In this document: positions 34,882 through 47,132 of the stretch, piece by piece
How positions within the stretch are numbered: position 1 is the stretch's first letter
Layout of the letters: each line of letters begins with the position of its first letter
Assembly (NCBI GenBank): GCA_002269645.1
Contig: NIVC01000608.1
Location: 248,001-312,000 of the forward strand
Length of the DNA stretch: 64,000 nucleotides
Direction of reading: 5' to 3'
Origin: Macrostomum lignano
Taxonomy: Eukaryota
Notes under the pieces: generated by a model
Databases searched by the model: none
The model's input: the letters and a program-made list of their open reading frames with translations, nothing else
Told to the model about the DNA's origin: nothing
Made by a program: the position numbers and the translations under genes

Positions 34882-35440
34882 GCTGAGGGATCTGAGCACC
34901 CCAATCTGAGGTATCTGAGCACCCCAATCTGAGGGATCTGAGCACTCCAGGTCTGAGGGATCTGAGCACCCCAATCTGAGGGATCTGAGCACCCCAATCT
35001 GAGGTATCTGAGCACCCCAATCTGAGGGATCTGAGCACTCCAGGTCTGAGGGATCTGAGCACCCCAATCTGAGGGATCTGAGCACCCCAATCTGAGGGAT
35101 CTGAGCACCCCAATCTGAGGGATCTGAGCACCCCAATCTGAGGGATCTGAGCACCCCAATCTGAGGGATCTGAGCACCCCAATCTGAGGGATCTGAGCAC
35201 CCCAACCTGAGGGATCTGAGCACCCCAATCTGAGGGATCTGAGGGATCTGAGCACCCCAACCTGAGGGATCTGAGCACCCCAATCTGAGGGATCTGAGCA
35301 CCCCAGGTCTGAGGGATCTGAGCACCCCAGGTCTGAGGAATCTGAGCACCCCAACCTGAGGGATCTGAGCAATCAAAATATGAGGGATCTGAGCACCCCA
35401 GGTCTGAGGGATCTGAGCACCCCAATCCGAGGGATCTGAG
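34882..35440. repeat. 23-bp minisatellite CTGAGGGATCTGAGCACCCCAAT
   Basis: Read directly. Confidence 0.95.
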
Positions 35441-35572
35441 AAGCTAACTCGTGCAAGAGAGCCCCTACACAATCAAAGGTTAGCTTAAGCAAAACAACTT
35501 AACCGCTACATAGATAATTAGCCAAACTAACTTTCATCAATGCTAAAGTCAAACTCGGCCGGTTAATAAAGT

Positions 35573-35800
35573 TCATTCGTGACCTTCGCCAGCTTTGCCG
35601 GCCACCCGCTTGAAATCGGTCATGTTGGTGGTGGCCACCGGACAGCCGATAGGAATTAAACGGCTTAATCTAGTGACCTCGGAGTCGGCCTGATTATCCT
35701 GGACAAACACGGTCAGGGTGCGAACGTTTTGGAATTTGACAAATTTTAATTGCAACGGCTCGGCGTCCGGCTGCACGTCCGCTGAAGTCAGCTGGAAGGC
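35573..35800 (-). CDS. TXNL1: Thioredoxin-like protein 1, exon 3 (PITH domain C-terminus)
   Basis: Acceptor CGCAG|GCC. LKFVKFQNV..LTVFVQDNQ...IGCPVATTNMTDFKRVAGKAGEGHE* matches the TXNL1 end. Confidence 0.92.
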   Translation of the reverse strand, partial: AFQLTSADVQPDAEPLQLKFVKFQNVRTLTVFVQDNQADSEVTRLSRLIPIGCPVATTNMTDFKRVAGKAGEGHE

Positions 35801-36019
35801 CTGCGGAAAGGCGAGGGGGCATGTAAAATAGGAGTGCAGTCCGGATTATTGTGGCTAATGAATAAGGATACCCAGGGCTAAATGATAGATGGAATACAGG
35901 TATACCAGGGAATTACTGAATTGATGATACTGGAGGAACAGGTATGCTTGGGGTTGGGGATTACTAAATACATGCATACTACTCGTAGTATGATAGCTGG
36001 AGAAAAAATTTAGCTGGAA

Positions 36020-36200
36020 AACCATACCTGGTGAACAGGTATATTAAGAGTTTATTGAATGATGAATCATAACTGGTGAACAGGTATACAAAAGACTTTA
36101 CTAAATGAATCATACCTGGGAACAGGTATACTAAGAGTTTGCTAAATGAATCATACCTGGTGAACAGGCATAGCACAGGTATACCTGGTGAACAGGTATC
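36020..36200. repeat. Degenerate repeats of hairpin ATACCTG-GTGAA-CAGGTAT in TXNL1 intron 2
   Basis: About 5 copies, each with self-complementary arms. Confidence 0.75.
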
Positions 36201-36254
36201 CAAGAATCAGTGAAAGAATGCCCTGAATAAGACACACAAATGACCAGCACTAAC

Positions 36255-36545
36255 CTGAACACCTTCGGCAGACTCGGCAGCCGAGAAGTCAATAGGCGAG
36301 GGCTGGTTAATGAACAATTTGACAGTTTTAGGGGCATTCTCGTACGGCGCCACCAGGCGTAGTGAGTGAATTTTCACGCTCTGACTAAAGGTGATAAAGA
36401 TGACCAACTGTTCGTCAGCGTCCGACTCCAAATAGGCTGAGGAATCGCCAGCGCCAGGGGCGGACATGATTGATTTTAACGGGTGGGCGTCGCTCTCGTT
36501 CAGGCACTCAGTCTCGGCCATGGAGATTAGCGATAGCATGTCCAT
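36255..36545 (-). CDS. TXNL1: Thioredoxin-like protein 1, exon 2 (PITH domain)
   Basis: CCCCAG|ATG...CAG|GTTAGT, phase 0 at both ends; ECLNES...YLESDADEQL...VKIHSL...PKTVKLFINQP. Confidence 0.92.
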
Positions 36546-36669
36546 CTGGGGATTAATAGAACAGGAAATACAAATAGTTTTATGCACGGCATGCATTGCA
36601 CTAATGGGACTGCGAAACCCAGGCAGCACGATATCGATTCTCGAATAGTTATCAATAATACCCATTCCG

Positions 36670-36940
36670 ATCACAGTGAATACTCAATCCGATCCGAGTG
36701 AATGCTCAATCCGATAACAGTGAATACTCATTCCGATCACAGTGAATACTCAATCCGATCCGAGTGAATGCTCAATCCGATAACAGTGAATACCCAATCC
36801 GATCACAGTGAATGCTCTTTTTGATTACAGTGAATACCCAATCCGATCACAGTGAATGCTCTTTTTGATTACAGTGAATACCCAATCCGATCACAGTGAA
36901 TGCTCTTTTTGATTACAGTGAATACCCAAGCTGATCACAG
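36670..36940. repeat. ~22-bp minisatellite GTGAATACTCAATCCGATCACA in TXNL1 intron 1
   Basis: Read directly. Confidence 0.9.
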
Positions 36941-36995
36941 GATTCAGGATTACCAGTTCCAACCCCCCCAAAATGCACTAATAACTGCGTCTCAC

Positions 36996-37343
36996 GTGAC
37001 CAAACTTGTCCACACTCTCGGCCGACTTGGCGTATTTCTTCACCAGAGCCTCGAGCGCGTCTGGATCGGCGCCAACCAACGACTCTATGCGTTGGCCGCG
37101 CAAAAACAGGGCAAACGTTGGCAAAGATGTGACGCCATACGCTGAGGAAACAGCCTCAACTTTGTCTACATTCACTTTGGCGAAGACTACATCCGGATTC
37201 CGGCTAGCCAGATCGTTCACCTTGGGCGCCATGGCTTTGCACGGGCCGCACCAATCGGCGTAGAAGTCTACAAGAACTGGTTTAGCCCCGGCTGACTCAA
37301 GTAGGGCGCGAAATTCATCTTCGCTAGAGATTTCTCTGACCAT
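36996..37343 (-). CDS. TXNL1: Thioredoxin-like protein 1, exon 1 (thioredoxin domain)
   Basis: VDFYADWCGPCK active site; donor CAC|GTGAGA in phase 0. Confidence 0.94.
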
Positions 37344-37350
37344 GACTGCG

Positions 37351-37369
37351 CTGTGGGAGCCAGTTAGTA
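37351..37369 (-). promoter_or_regulatory. Branch point TACTAAC plus 3' splice acceptor 7 nt upstream of the TXNL1 ATG
   Basis: Minus strand reads TACTAACTGGCTCCCACAG|CGCAGTCATG. Confidence 0.6.
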
Positions 37370-40300
37370 GTATTTAGTAATAACTCAAGCATTGAAAGAA
37401 ACCATAACAATTTCTTGCTCTACTGAATATACATTTTCTGATATCGACTTATGGAAGATTGTCTTAACAGATATGTCTTTACACCATGCTCCCACTACAT
37501 TGAATTATTCACAGAAGGTTGTGAGCACTGTTCACAATAGATCACTAGTGCTATCTGCTATTGTCATCCACTACAGTCTTCTAGATTACAATAAAAGAAG
37601 CTTGAATGATAGAGCTTCACCATGTTGAGGTGCCACTTTGACATTTCCATGTGACTGTACAGCAGATGACCTTTGTCCTACAATGTACATCAAGTATGCT
37701 GTCACATGTTGACTTATGTATCACTAGCCAGACCTTGCATTGCCTTTCTGAGCCTGGACTATTCCAGATCCTACCTCCATAATAGGCTGTGGGGGTATCA
37801 TAATATATACTAGGCCTATAGAGGACACGGGCACCTTAATATACATAATACACTAGAGAGGTACTATATAATACACTAGAAGGGTGCCATACTAAGCAAA
37901 ATAAAGGCAGCAAGGATCTTTTTTAGGGCAAAAGAGAGTGCCATTATTGCCAACCACAAGGGGGGGTGGCTTCTCCACCAAAATCTGCCACTGTATAATA
38001 GGCCAAGGAAAGCTAAATCTAGTAGCTAGAATACCAACTCTTGATTGGAAGTGCTCAGACTTGGACCCTAGTAAGCTGGCACAAGGATAGAGAAAAATGG
38101 AACTCTATGTAGGACTAGGGCAGGCGTAGACCAATAACAGACAATAGACCAGGCCTGCTAAGGCTCCTTTGCTAGACTGAAAAGTATAAACAAGAAGGTA
38201 AGAGAAAAATGGGGAAGAGGAGAGAATATAGGGATCTATGAAAAATCACATACATTGTCTTTTATGATACAAATAACATATTGGTATAAATGAACATTGT
38301 ATTTTCAGTTACTCATTGTAACTAAATCTAAAGCTATCTTTGTGCACACAAAAGACAGAGCTGAGGCAATGAGGCATATGCTTTTCATTATTTAAAGTTC
38401 CCTGCTTTTTTGCACCTAATATTTATTTGTATTAAAGCAAAATGCCTTTGTTGAATGCCACACAGACTGTGAACATACCTGCTAGAGAATGTCAGCCTTA
38501 TCCAAATAAATATCTTTTCAACTGCTATAGCTTCAACCATGTTCAGTTACAAAAATTCCAATCAAACAATATCAAAAATACTTCATCTGGATTCAGCAGC
38601 TTTGTTTTAGTAGCTATACTTTATATGTCAGCTATCTAAAAGCAATAGGAAAAACAAAGCTGTTTCTTTATTGAAATACTCTATTATTATTATCACTAAT
38701 ATAGAACTAGTGCTATAGACTAAAAATAGTTCAACAAAGACCTTTAGGAACAAGATCAAATTTATAGCAAGGTGGTATTTGATTGCTTTCTAGACAAAAG
38801 TGATTTGCATAGCTAGGCCTATTAGCTACTTATATATTAGTATCAAGTGTAGGGCATATTACATATTGTTTCAATACTCATAGGAAAGTATATTTTGTAT
38901 ACTTTCAGATGTATATTTTGGATTTACTTACTTATATCATTTAGTGCCTCTTTGATCCAATTTGCATAACACACATTTGTACATTTTTTCATTTTTGGGA
39001 CACATTGTATGAAGCTCATTGGAACCCCTAATCAAGGGCTTCTGATTACTATTACTATAGATAGAAGTGTGCATTTTATAATACTCCCATTATAAAGCAG
39101 GCAAAGGCTCCATTCAGCTTCTTGGTTGCTACTGATAGAAGATGTCTTTTTTGACCATAAGATACTTTCTAATAAGTGTCTTATGCTAGGGCTTAGCTAG
39201 TGTTTTTAGAACTCAAAGTCTAAAGCACAGTAAGTCTAAAGGACAATTTCTTTTTATAAACCAATAGGACCTAGAAGTTTTTATCTTGTGATTGACCTAA
39301 GATAAAAAAACATTCTAAAATTATTTTTTATAGGACTCACTACATAAATAGGCATAATATGGTGTAATAAATTATAATGTAGCCTATGTCTCCATGACTA
39401 TACTTTGTTTTAACTATATTTTGAAGATGCTAATAGAGGTCATTTAACAAGATTAAAAGAATTGACATTATCTATGTAATAAAGAATCACAAAGCTAACC
39501 ATACTTTAGTGAAAGTAGTAATTGAAATTAAGAAACTTTGCCCTTATGGCATGAACTTTTATATATCTATTAGGCCCTAATTAGGTTGACCTGCATTTCC
39601 AACTGACTGTTGTTAGGCCCTACCATTTCTTAATTTTGTAAGTTAACTTAGGCCTAGTTAAAGTTACTTTAAATTCATGAAAATTCATTGCTTGATTTTA
39701 ATGTTGTGTTTAAGGATTGATTTGGTCAAGTTAGAGATGCCAGTCTCACTTAAATTGATTCATGCAAATGCAAAATGTACATCGCTTAATAGCTGGCTAA
39801 CATGGACTGAAAACTGATTGTGTAATCAATTAGATGTCAGAGCAAAACTATTCAATAAGTTATGCTGTGGCTGTGAACTAAATCTTTGAATCACAATAAG
39901 TGGAGACATATACTATATAATAACTTGTTAAATATTGCTCAAAGTAGGCCCTAATAATTATTTTCATATTCTATATAACTAAGCATGACTATCAGACCAT
40001 GTTATAGGCATACTGCTAAAATTCACATCTTTTCTTCTAAATGATGTTTTCAAACTGTGTCGGAAGTGCGACTTCAAGTGTCGTAACAGTTAAATTTTGC
40101 CGTTTGGCGTTTGCCGACACATTTTCAGACAACATCTTCCGATACTTAAAATTCTGCAAAAAGTGTCTGAAAAAGTGTCGTACGTTTAACTTTTGCCGAC
40201 ACTTCCGACACTTTCTGCGACATTTTAAGTGTGCCGGCGAAGTTATACTGGTATGATCAAGTGGAGTGCCAAATCATTTTGTTTCTATGAAACCACTCGC

Positions 40301-40843
40301 GTTTTATTCAAGTAAAGCAAAGTTTACATTGTTTCTGTTCAGGATATGATATGATTAATCGGAAAATGTATTGCAGGCACTTGATTAAAGTTACTTTAAA
40401 TTCATGAAAAATGGCGCTGAAAATTATTTTGAACTTTTGTAACAATAAATTACTATAGAACCTAAAAAGCCTCGCACAAATGTAGAAATCTTTCCTATCT
40501 TTTTCGAATGAATATCTTCCACCAATGTCTCATTTTCAATCATATTTCGGGTGAAAATGAGCACCAAATATAAAAAAACGACATAATTTGTTGCAGCTTC
40601 CATAGAAACAGAATAATCCGAGGCCAGACTCCAACCGTTAGGAACCGATAAACCGATTTCGAACCTTGGAAAGGGAACCAACAAAATAAAAAAACTTTTA
40701 AACCAAATCCGGTTGTCGAATCGGTTGTGTTGCTCGTAGTGAGCGTATGAAAATTGCAGTGATATGATGAAAAGCCTCATATGTACATGAACAGTATAGG
40801 ATCGACTTATTAAATAATAAGGTCCTTGAATTAATAGGTACAT

Positions 40844-41386
40844 AACAACAACAACACCAAACTACAGCAACCCTAGGCAACCCAAGTTGGGTTGCCATCA
40901 AAAGGAGCGCGCAAGCGCAGTTGCGCAGAATAGCGAGTCCGCGAGGGTCAGAGATTTCAGCGTCTCTTAAAAGCAGGTCGACGAGACGCAGACTTCTCGC
41001 CTGCCGCGGCCCTTGAGGGGATAGCAGCAGCACGTCCTGAAGCGGCTTAGGGCTCAGGCTCAGGCCCGGATGACGTGGCCAACTTGTTGGTGCATGGTGG
41101 CGGTCGGCGAGTAGTGAACACCGAAGGCGGCTCTCACGAGTCAGCGTGACTGCGTGAGCGGCATCGAGTTGCCGCGATCCTGCGGGCCGGTCAGTGTTCA
41201 CGTTTCAGCATTGTGAATGAGGACGGTTTCTATGACGGCCTGGAACAGCCGCCCTCTCAGCCGATCCGACAGCGCGGGGCACTGCAGGACAGTCCGCACG
41301 GTGCGGAATGCGCCCCAGGCAAGCAACTTGTGCCGTGCCATGTCGTCTGTGATTCTTGGCACAAGACCGCCGACGTGTACAACATC
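40844..41386 (-). mobile_element. 5'-truncated non-LTR retrotransposon (LINE) 3' fragment, degenerate
   Basis: Minus-strand translation DMARHKLLAWGAFRTV...LSDRLRGRLFQAVIETVLIHNAET*TLT fits the post-RT C-terminal region of LINE ORF2. (TGT)n tail; TSD GGTACAT at 40837-40843 and 41387-41393. Confidence 0.8.
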
Positions 41387-43429
41387 GGTACATGTACAAC
41401 GTACTCATTGTATCTTCTAAAACTAGAAGTAATACGGACCTTTTCGATCTCTGTGAGTCAATTTTTTATTTTTTCTTTTGATTAGAACTCGATGCATTAG
41501 ATCGAACATACATGTATACACGTAATTGAAATGATGTACTGTAAAATATAGCTGGAAAATGCGACACAACTCTTCGACTTCGTTCGTTCGCGACGGTAGT
41601 TCTACTCATGCACAAAAACTTTAATTGTCAAGCATTTCTACGCAATTGTTTTCGCATTATAAAATTTGACTTAGCTACTCGCGAAAAATCTGCAGTCTTT
41701 TTTTACAAAGTTCGTCAATCACATTTAATTTCGGGTAATTTCGAGACTCGAAAACATTGCACGATTTGCATTCGATTGCATGAATATCGCGTTTGTGCTA
41801 AACTGAAATATGATAATTCTCTGAAAGAATGCTTTTCTTTAATCAATTTGCGTAAAACAAGGTGCAGTGCGCAGCAGAAATTGACTTTGTGTCGACACAC
41901 ATGCTACCGCGATGTATTTCCGGAGTCGCAACATCGAAGTCGGTTTTGTACTGTACTGACGTTCTACCGTTGAAGTACACATATATGAACTACATGTATC
42001 TAACATTACGTAGATATACGCACTTAAGGCATTTACCTGTGGGTATAAAAAAAGAAACTACAACATTCGATTTGCTTTGTAGTAGAGGCCGCTCTCGCGG
42101 ATCTGCATCTGGAATTTCATCTGCATGAGCTGGAAAGTTTGCTGATGAGGGATCAAGCGGAGATTATGAGGATTAACTGCACAAGGGAGAGATCGACGTG
42201 CTGCAGAATTATTTGGATTAATGCTGGAATGGAGTTAATTGGAATGAAGGAAGCTAAAATCAGTTTGCCAACCGAATAATCAGCCAAGCTGTCACATCCT
42301 CTTTAAATCTATTGCAGAGAGCACTGATTCTTACGCGTACATAAATGCAGGCTCCAGCGTCTATAGCTTCATCTCTTCTGCTTGAGTTGCCTCTTTCTAT
42401 CTCTATCTATCTGTATGCATGGGAGCACCCTTCATTATAATTCTGGGTCTATCAGCCAGCAGCTGAGCCTCCTGTGCGTGCACTTCTTCGCCGTCTCTCC
42501 CCCTCCCCGTCCGCGCCGCCGCCGCCCCCACATCTCTCCCGCTAGCATTTTCTCCCCTTCTCCATCCAATCCCCTTAAATCCCTTTTGAGCGTACTTCCC
42601 AACAGCTGCGCCAATACTGTACCAGAAAAATTGCCCTTCCCCCATGCAGATCTCAAATCCCGTTCTCCTCCCCTGCCTCTCTTTAGTTCGGCCTTTCCGA
42701 GATCTCTTGGCTCTGTTCTCTTTCTCTCGACCAGACCCCTTCTTACCCCCTCCCCTTCTACTCGCTCCTCGTCTCCACGTGTGTTCCCACCACCGAGCGT
42801 TCCTGTTCTTCCAGCTCAGTCTGTCCGTCTCCCTCTCTGCCTCGACTTGCCCACGGCATCTCTCCCCGGCTATGCTCGAGCTAAGCGAGTTAAAAAAATA
42901 ATTTCTTAGACTCTGCTAGCAACTGTCCCCAAGAAATCCCTCCCTCACCCCGAGCCTACAGTGGCGTCTCTCCCTCCCGGATCCTCCGCTCTCCGTTTCG
43001 CGATCTCTTCGATTTTTACTCGCCCTCGCTGGCCAGCCTCCGACATCAAAGCCGACCTCCTCCTCCTCTCCATCCAGAAGCTGGCTAGCTACCTTCGACA
43101 GACCCCTAGCCACCCTAGTTCGCCATATCAGTGCTTCTCTAGTATAGAATATAAACCCGTTAGTTTCGCATTCTATTGCTGCGCCTATTTGTATATTAAT
43201 AACTTGAATACAATTATAAATTTAGAATAGAAAATCATGCCAACAACAGACAGTTTAACATCGGCCAGCTTGACTCTCAGCTCCTGTTCGTGCGGTAAGA
43301 GTCCATCTTTAGTGCAGAGTATATATTTGGTAATTTACTCAGTTGCATGCACATGTCGGCGCCAAGAGGTTGTTCATTGCTGCTTTTGGAAGGCGCCTTT
43401 TTAGCGCCACTTCCAATATGACGAACTGT

Positions 43430-43803
43430 TGTGCACCTGGAGAGCGCCTTCTTAGCGCCACTTTCAATGACGATCCATTGAGCACCTGGAGAGCGCCTTA
43501 TTAGCACCACATCCAATGACGATCCATTGAGCACCTGGAGAGCGCCTTCTTAGCGCCACTTTAAATGACGATCCATTGAGCACCTGGAGAGCGCCTTCTT
43601 AGCACCACATCCAATGACGATCCATTGAGCACCTGGAGAGCGCCTTCTTAGCGCCACTTTCAATGACGATTCATTGAGCACCTGGAGAGCGCCTTTTTAG
43701 CGCCACTTTCAATGACGATTCATTGAGCACCTGGAGAGCGCCTTCTTAGCGCCACTTTCAATGACGATTCATTGAGCACCTGGAGAGCGCCTTCTTAGCG
43801 CCA
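43430..43803. repeat. 49-bp minisatellite
   Basis: AGCACCTGGAGAGCGCCTTCTTAGCGCCACTTTCAATGACGATCCATTG. Confidence 0.94.
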
Positions 43804-43901
43804 GCACTTTTGCTATAGAGACTTAGCCTAGTAGCGACTGTTGCTGGCTGTCCTGGCGCGAATGTAAACTGTTAGTAAAAAACACAACGTAAACAATTCC
43901 C

Positions 43902-44299
43902 ATGCATTTTAACGCAGAGCGCTCACCCTACGACGGTCACCCATCCGGCAGCTGCCGATTGGCCGCGACAGGCGAAGCTGGCGCTGTCGCCGCCGCCGCC
44001 GCCGCTGCCGCCGCAGGAGCGTGCAGCCAGACAAGTACATCCTCTCGGCAGCAGCGGCAGCAGGGAGACGCCGACCCGCCCGGCGCCGCCTGTCTGGAAT
44101 TGGCGCTCGAAGGCGAACGACTTTGCAAAGCAGGCGAATGCCGGCTGGGCGTTCATTTTTTGGAGGCGGCGGTGCAGGCCGGCACTGACGATATGAAGGT
44201 GCTGTCAGCTGTTTACAGCCAGCTGGGCAATGCGCACTTCTACCTGCAGGACTACGCCAAGGCTCTGGACTATCACACACTGGACCTGGGTCTGGCAAG
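43902..44299 (+). CDS. GPSM2: G-protein signalling modulator (Pins/LGN/AGS3), exon 1 (start codon uncertain)
   Basis: CLELALEGERLCKAG...AAVQAGTDD..VLSAVYSQLGNAHFYLQDY.KALDYH..DL.LAR; phase-2 donor AG|GT. GPSM1 and GPSM2 cannot be distinguished in an invertebrate. Confidence 0.88.
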
Positions 44300-44347
44300 G
44301 TGGCTGTTTTGATTTGTGAACCAAACTTCTGAACTTACTTATAGTAT

Positions 44348-44638
44348 CCGGTATCTATAAGTAGACTGGGTGCATAGCAACCGGTATCTATAAGTAGACT
44401 GGGTGCATAGCAACCGGTATCTATAAGTAGATTGGGTGCATAGCAACCGGTATCTATAAGTAGACTGGGTGCATAGCAACCGGTATCTATAAGTAGATTG
44501 GGTGCATAGCAACCGGTATCTATAAGTAGATTGGGTGCATAGCAACCGACAGCTATAAGTAGATTGGGTGCATAGCAACCGATAACTATAAATAGATTGG
44601 GTGCATAGCAACCGATATCTATAAGTAGATTGGGTGCA
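44348..44638. repeat. 33-bp minisatellite in GPSM intron 1
   Basis: AACCGGTATCTATAAGTAGACTGGGTGCATAGC. Confidence 0.94.
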
Positions 44639-44668
44639 TCTAATCACAAATCCCACCCCACCCCACAG

Positions 44669-44804
44669 AGCTATGGAAGACAGAGCCGGCGAAGCGAAGG
44701 CGTCAGGCAATTTGGGCAACACCCTGAAAGTGCTGGGCAAATTCGAAGAGGCTGCGCTGTGCTGCCTGCGTCATCTCGAATTGGCGCGCGAACTCGGTGA
44801 TCGG
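44669..44804 (+). CDS. GPSM2: GPSM exon 2 (TPR)
   Basis: CCACAG|A GCT ATG...GEAKASGNLGNTLKVLGKFEEAALCCLRHLELARELGDR|GTGAGG. Confidence 0.92.
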
Positions 44805-45960
44805 GTGAGGCTCCGGTGAAGGAGAGTCTGGCTAATGCTGAGCTGTTGGGGTATGGCTGAGATGGGAGTTAGGGATGAGCGGTAGACATTGGAGGTGCAG
44901 GTGAGAGAGGTAACGATGGATAAACGTAAGGATGTTGAGATGGTGGGCAGAGATGAGAGATAGTTCGATTCCGTGTGCGCCAGCATTCATTTGGAGATTG
45001 ATCGATAATTGGTAGTGGGGTTGTGCGATTCAGACCCAAGAAGGCCAACCGTCAATTTTATAACTAATATTCTTAATATGAGAGGTACACGGTACAGGCA
45101 GTAGAGGTGGGAGGTGGAGTTAGAGACGCGAGGCAGACATGGGGGGGGGGATACTGGAACTGGAACGCAAAGCTCAGAGTGCTCGCTCTTCTCTCCACAG
45201 TAGTTTATTTTTCTCACACAGTACTTCGCAAGCTCAGCTTCCGACTTCCGAGCCTGCGAACGATATTATCCTCGTAGTCTCCAGGTAGACGGGCAGTCTG
45301 GTGGATGATAGACAAGTCTTAAGCATTCTGCTTTTATCGATTAATCGAATGCCAACTCAGTTCAGGAAATCTGTTAGGCCTTCAAGCTTAGCTTGCAAAT
45401 TTGAGCCTCTTGACCTTCTTCTTGCAAAGCTTTCTTCGATTTTTTGGAAAATTTTACCCAGCTGAAAAGCTAAAGCCAGTCTTTGTTTTTTCCCTTACTC
45501 AGCAAGTACAGAGATAACCTGATTACCTGTAACGGGAGTCCCCTTTAATAAAAAAGATTTTCAGACAAGACCTAATCTTTAGTCTGCTGCAAATCAAGGC
45601 GTTCTAGAGACTTCTATCTGATAATAGCGGTCGGTGGCTTTCCACTCCAAGTTGCCTAAGATCCATGGATGGGCTTGTAGAAATCCGAGATCCCAATGCG
45701 GCAGCTGACTCGCCTCTGCATGCCTGCTCCCCGTTCCCAAAGACAATTAAAAGGTGAAAGAAGCCGCTCGCAACTCAAGCAGTCATTATGTGCCATTTTA
45801 GCTTTAGAACTAAATAATCACATGGACTCTCAGATCAAAGAGGACTTGATTGCAATAATTACTCAGTGGCGCAGAGGAGTCTTAGTTGCCCAACCCTCTA
45901 CTAAAGAACTTTGGGTTGCGTCTGCACTGATCTCTGCTCTCCGTCTGTCTTAGTGTCTTA

Positions 45961-46204
<244 letters not shown>

Positions 46205-46311
46205 GTATCTTCAACCTTATGAAGTCCCTGCTAGAGTTTTCGACGTTGCGAAATTTCGACCTTGTGAAAGCACCCCGATCTCACCTGCCCCCGAACCCGT
46301 CCGAATCCCAG

Positions 46312-46554
46312 ATCGGCGAGGCCCGGGCGCTGTACAATCTGGGCAACGTGCACCACGCCCACGGCAAGCACACGGGGCGAGTGCAGCAGGCGGACCCTGG
46401 CGAGCTGGCCAGCCCTGTGCGCGAGCTGCTCCGCCGCGCTGCCGACTACTACGCCCAGAATTTGGCCATTGTGCGCGAACTGGACGACCGGGCTGGCGTT
46501 GGCCGGGCCTGCGGCAACCTGGGCAATACGCATTATTTGCTGGGAAACTTTCAG
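46312..46554 (+). CDS. GPSM2: GPSM exon 3 (TPR)
   Basis: CCCAG|[19 protein letters not shown]...[18 protein letters not shown]|GT, phase 0 at both ends. Confidence 0.92.
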
Positions 46555-46794
46555 GTGAAATGGATAGCCAGTTTAGAGTGCAAATCTGGAGGCTGGTGAA
46601 ATATTAAATAGAGTATCTCCATAGTATATTTTTTAGCAATGAGACTTACTGAGAATAAAAAGCAGGGCAAACATAAAAGGCGGAGTTGAGAGGAATAAAG
46701 AAGGGTATAGAAGATTATAGAAAAGAGAGATGAAAAGCAAATATTGAGATTAGCGATTAGAGTTGGAGGTTAGTGGCAACGAGAAACAGGCGGA

Positions 46795-47080
46795 AGAGAT
46801 GAGAGGTAGAGAGGAGGGGTAGAGATGAGAGGTAGAGAGGAGGGGTAGAGATGAGGGGTAGAGATGAGGGGTAGAGATGAGGGGTAGAGATGAGAGGTAG
46901 AGATGAGGGGTAGAGAGGAGGGGTAGAGATGAGGGGTAGAGATGAGAGGTAGAGATGAGGGGTAGAGAGGAGGGGTAGAGATGAGAGGTAGAGAGGAGGG
47001 GTAGAGATGAGGGGTAGAGATGAGGGGCAGAGATGAGGGGTAGAGATGAGGGGCAGAGATGAGGGGTAGAGATGAGAGGT
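46795..47080. repeat. 13-bp purine-rich minisatellite AGAGATGAGGGGT in GPSM intron 3
   Basis: Read directly. Confidence 0.94.
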
Positions 47081-47132
47081 AGTGCTGAAAAAGCAGCCAC
47101 CCCTGCAGCTCCACTATCCCTCATTTATTCAG

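Noticed and set aside
28248-35472. Repeat ORFs (RSVVY/RSIDY, RWQLSY, MKWPYTQ/SNEMALH, WGAQIPQ)
   Set aside because: Products of the 15-, 21- and 23-bp arrays, open on both strands.
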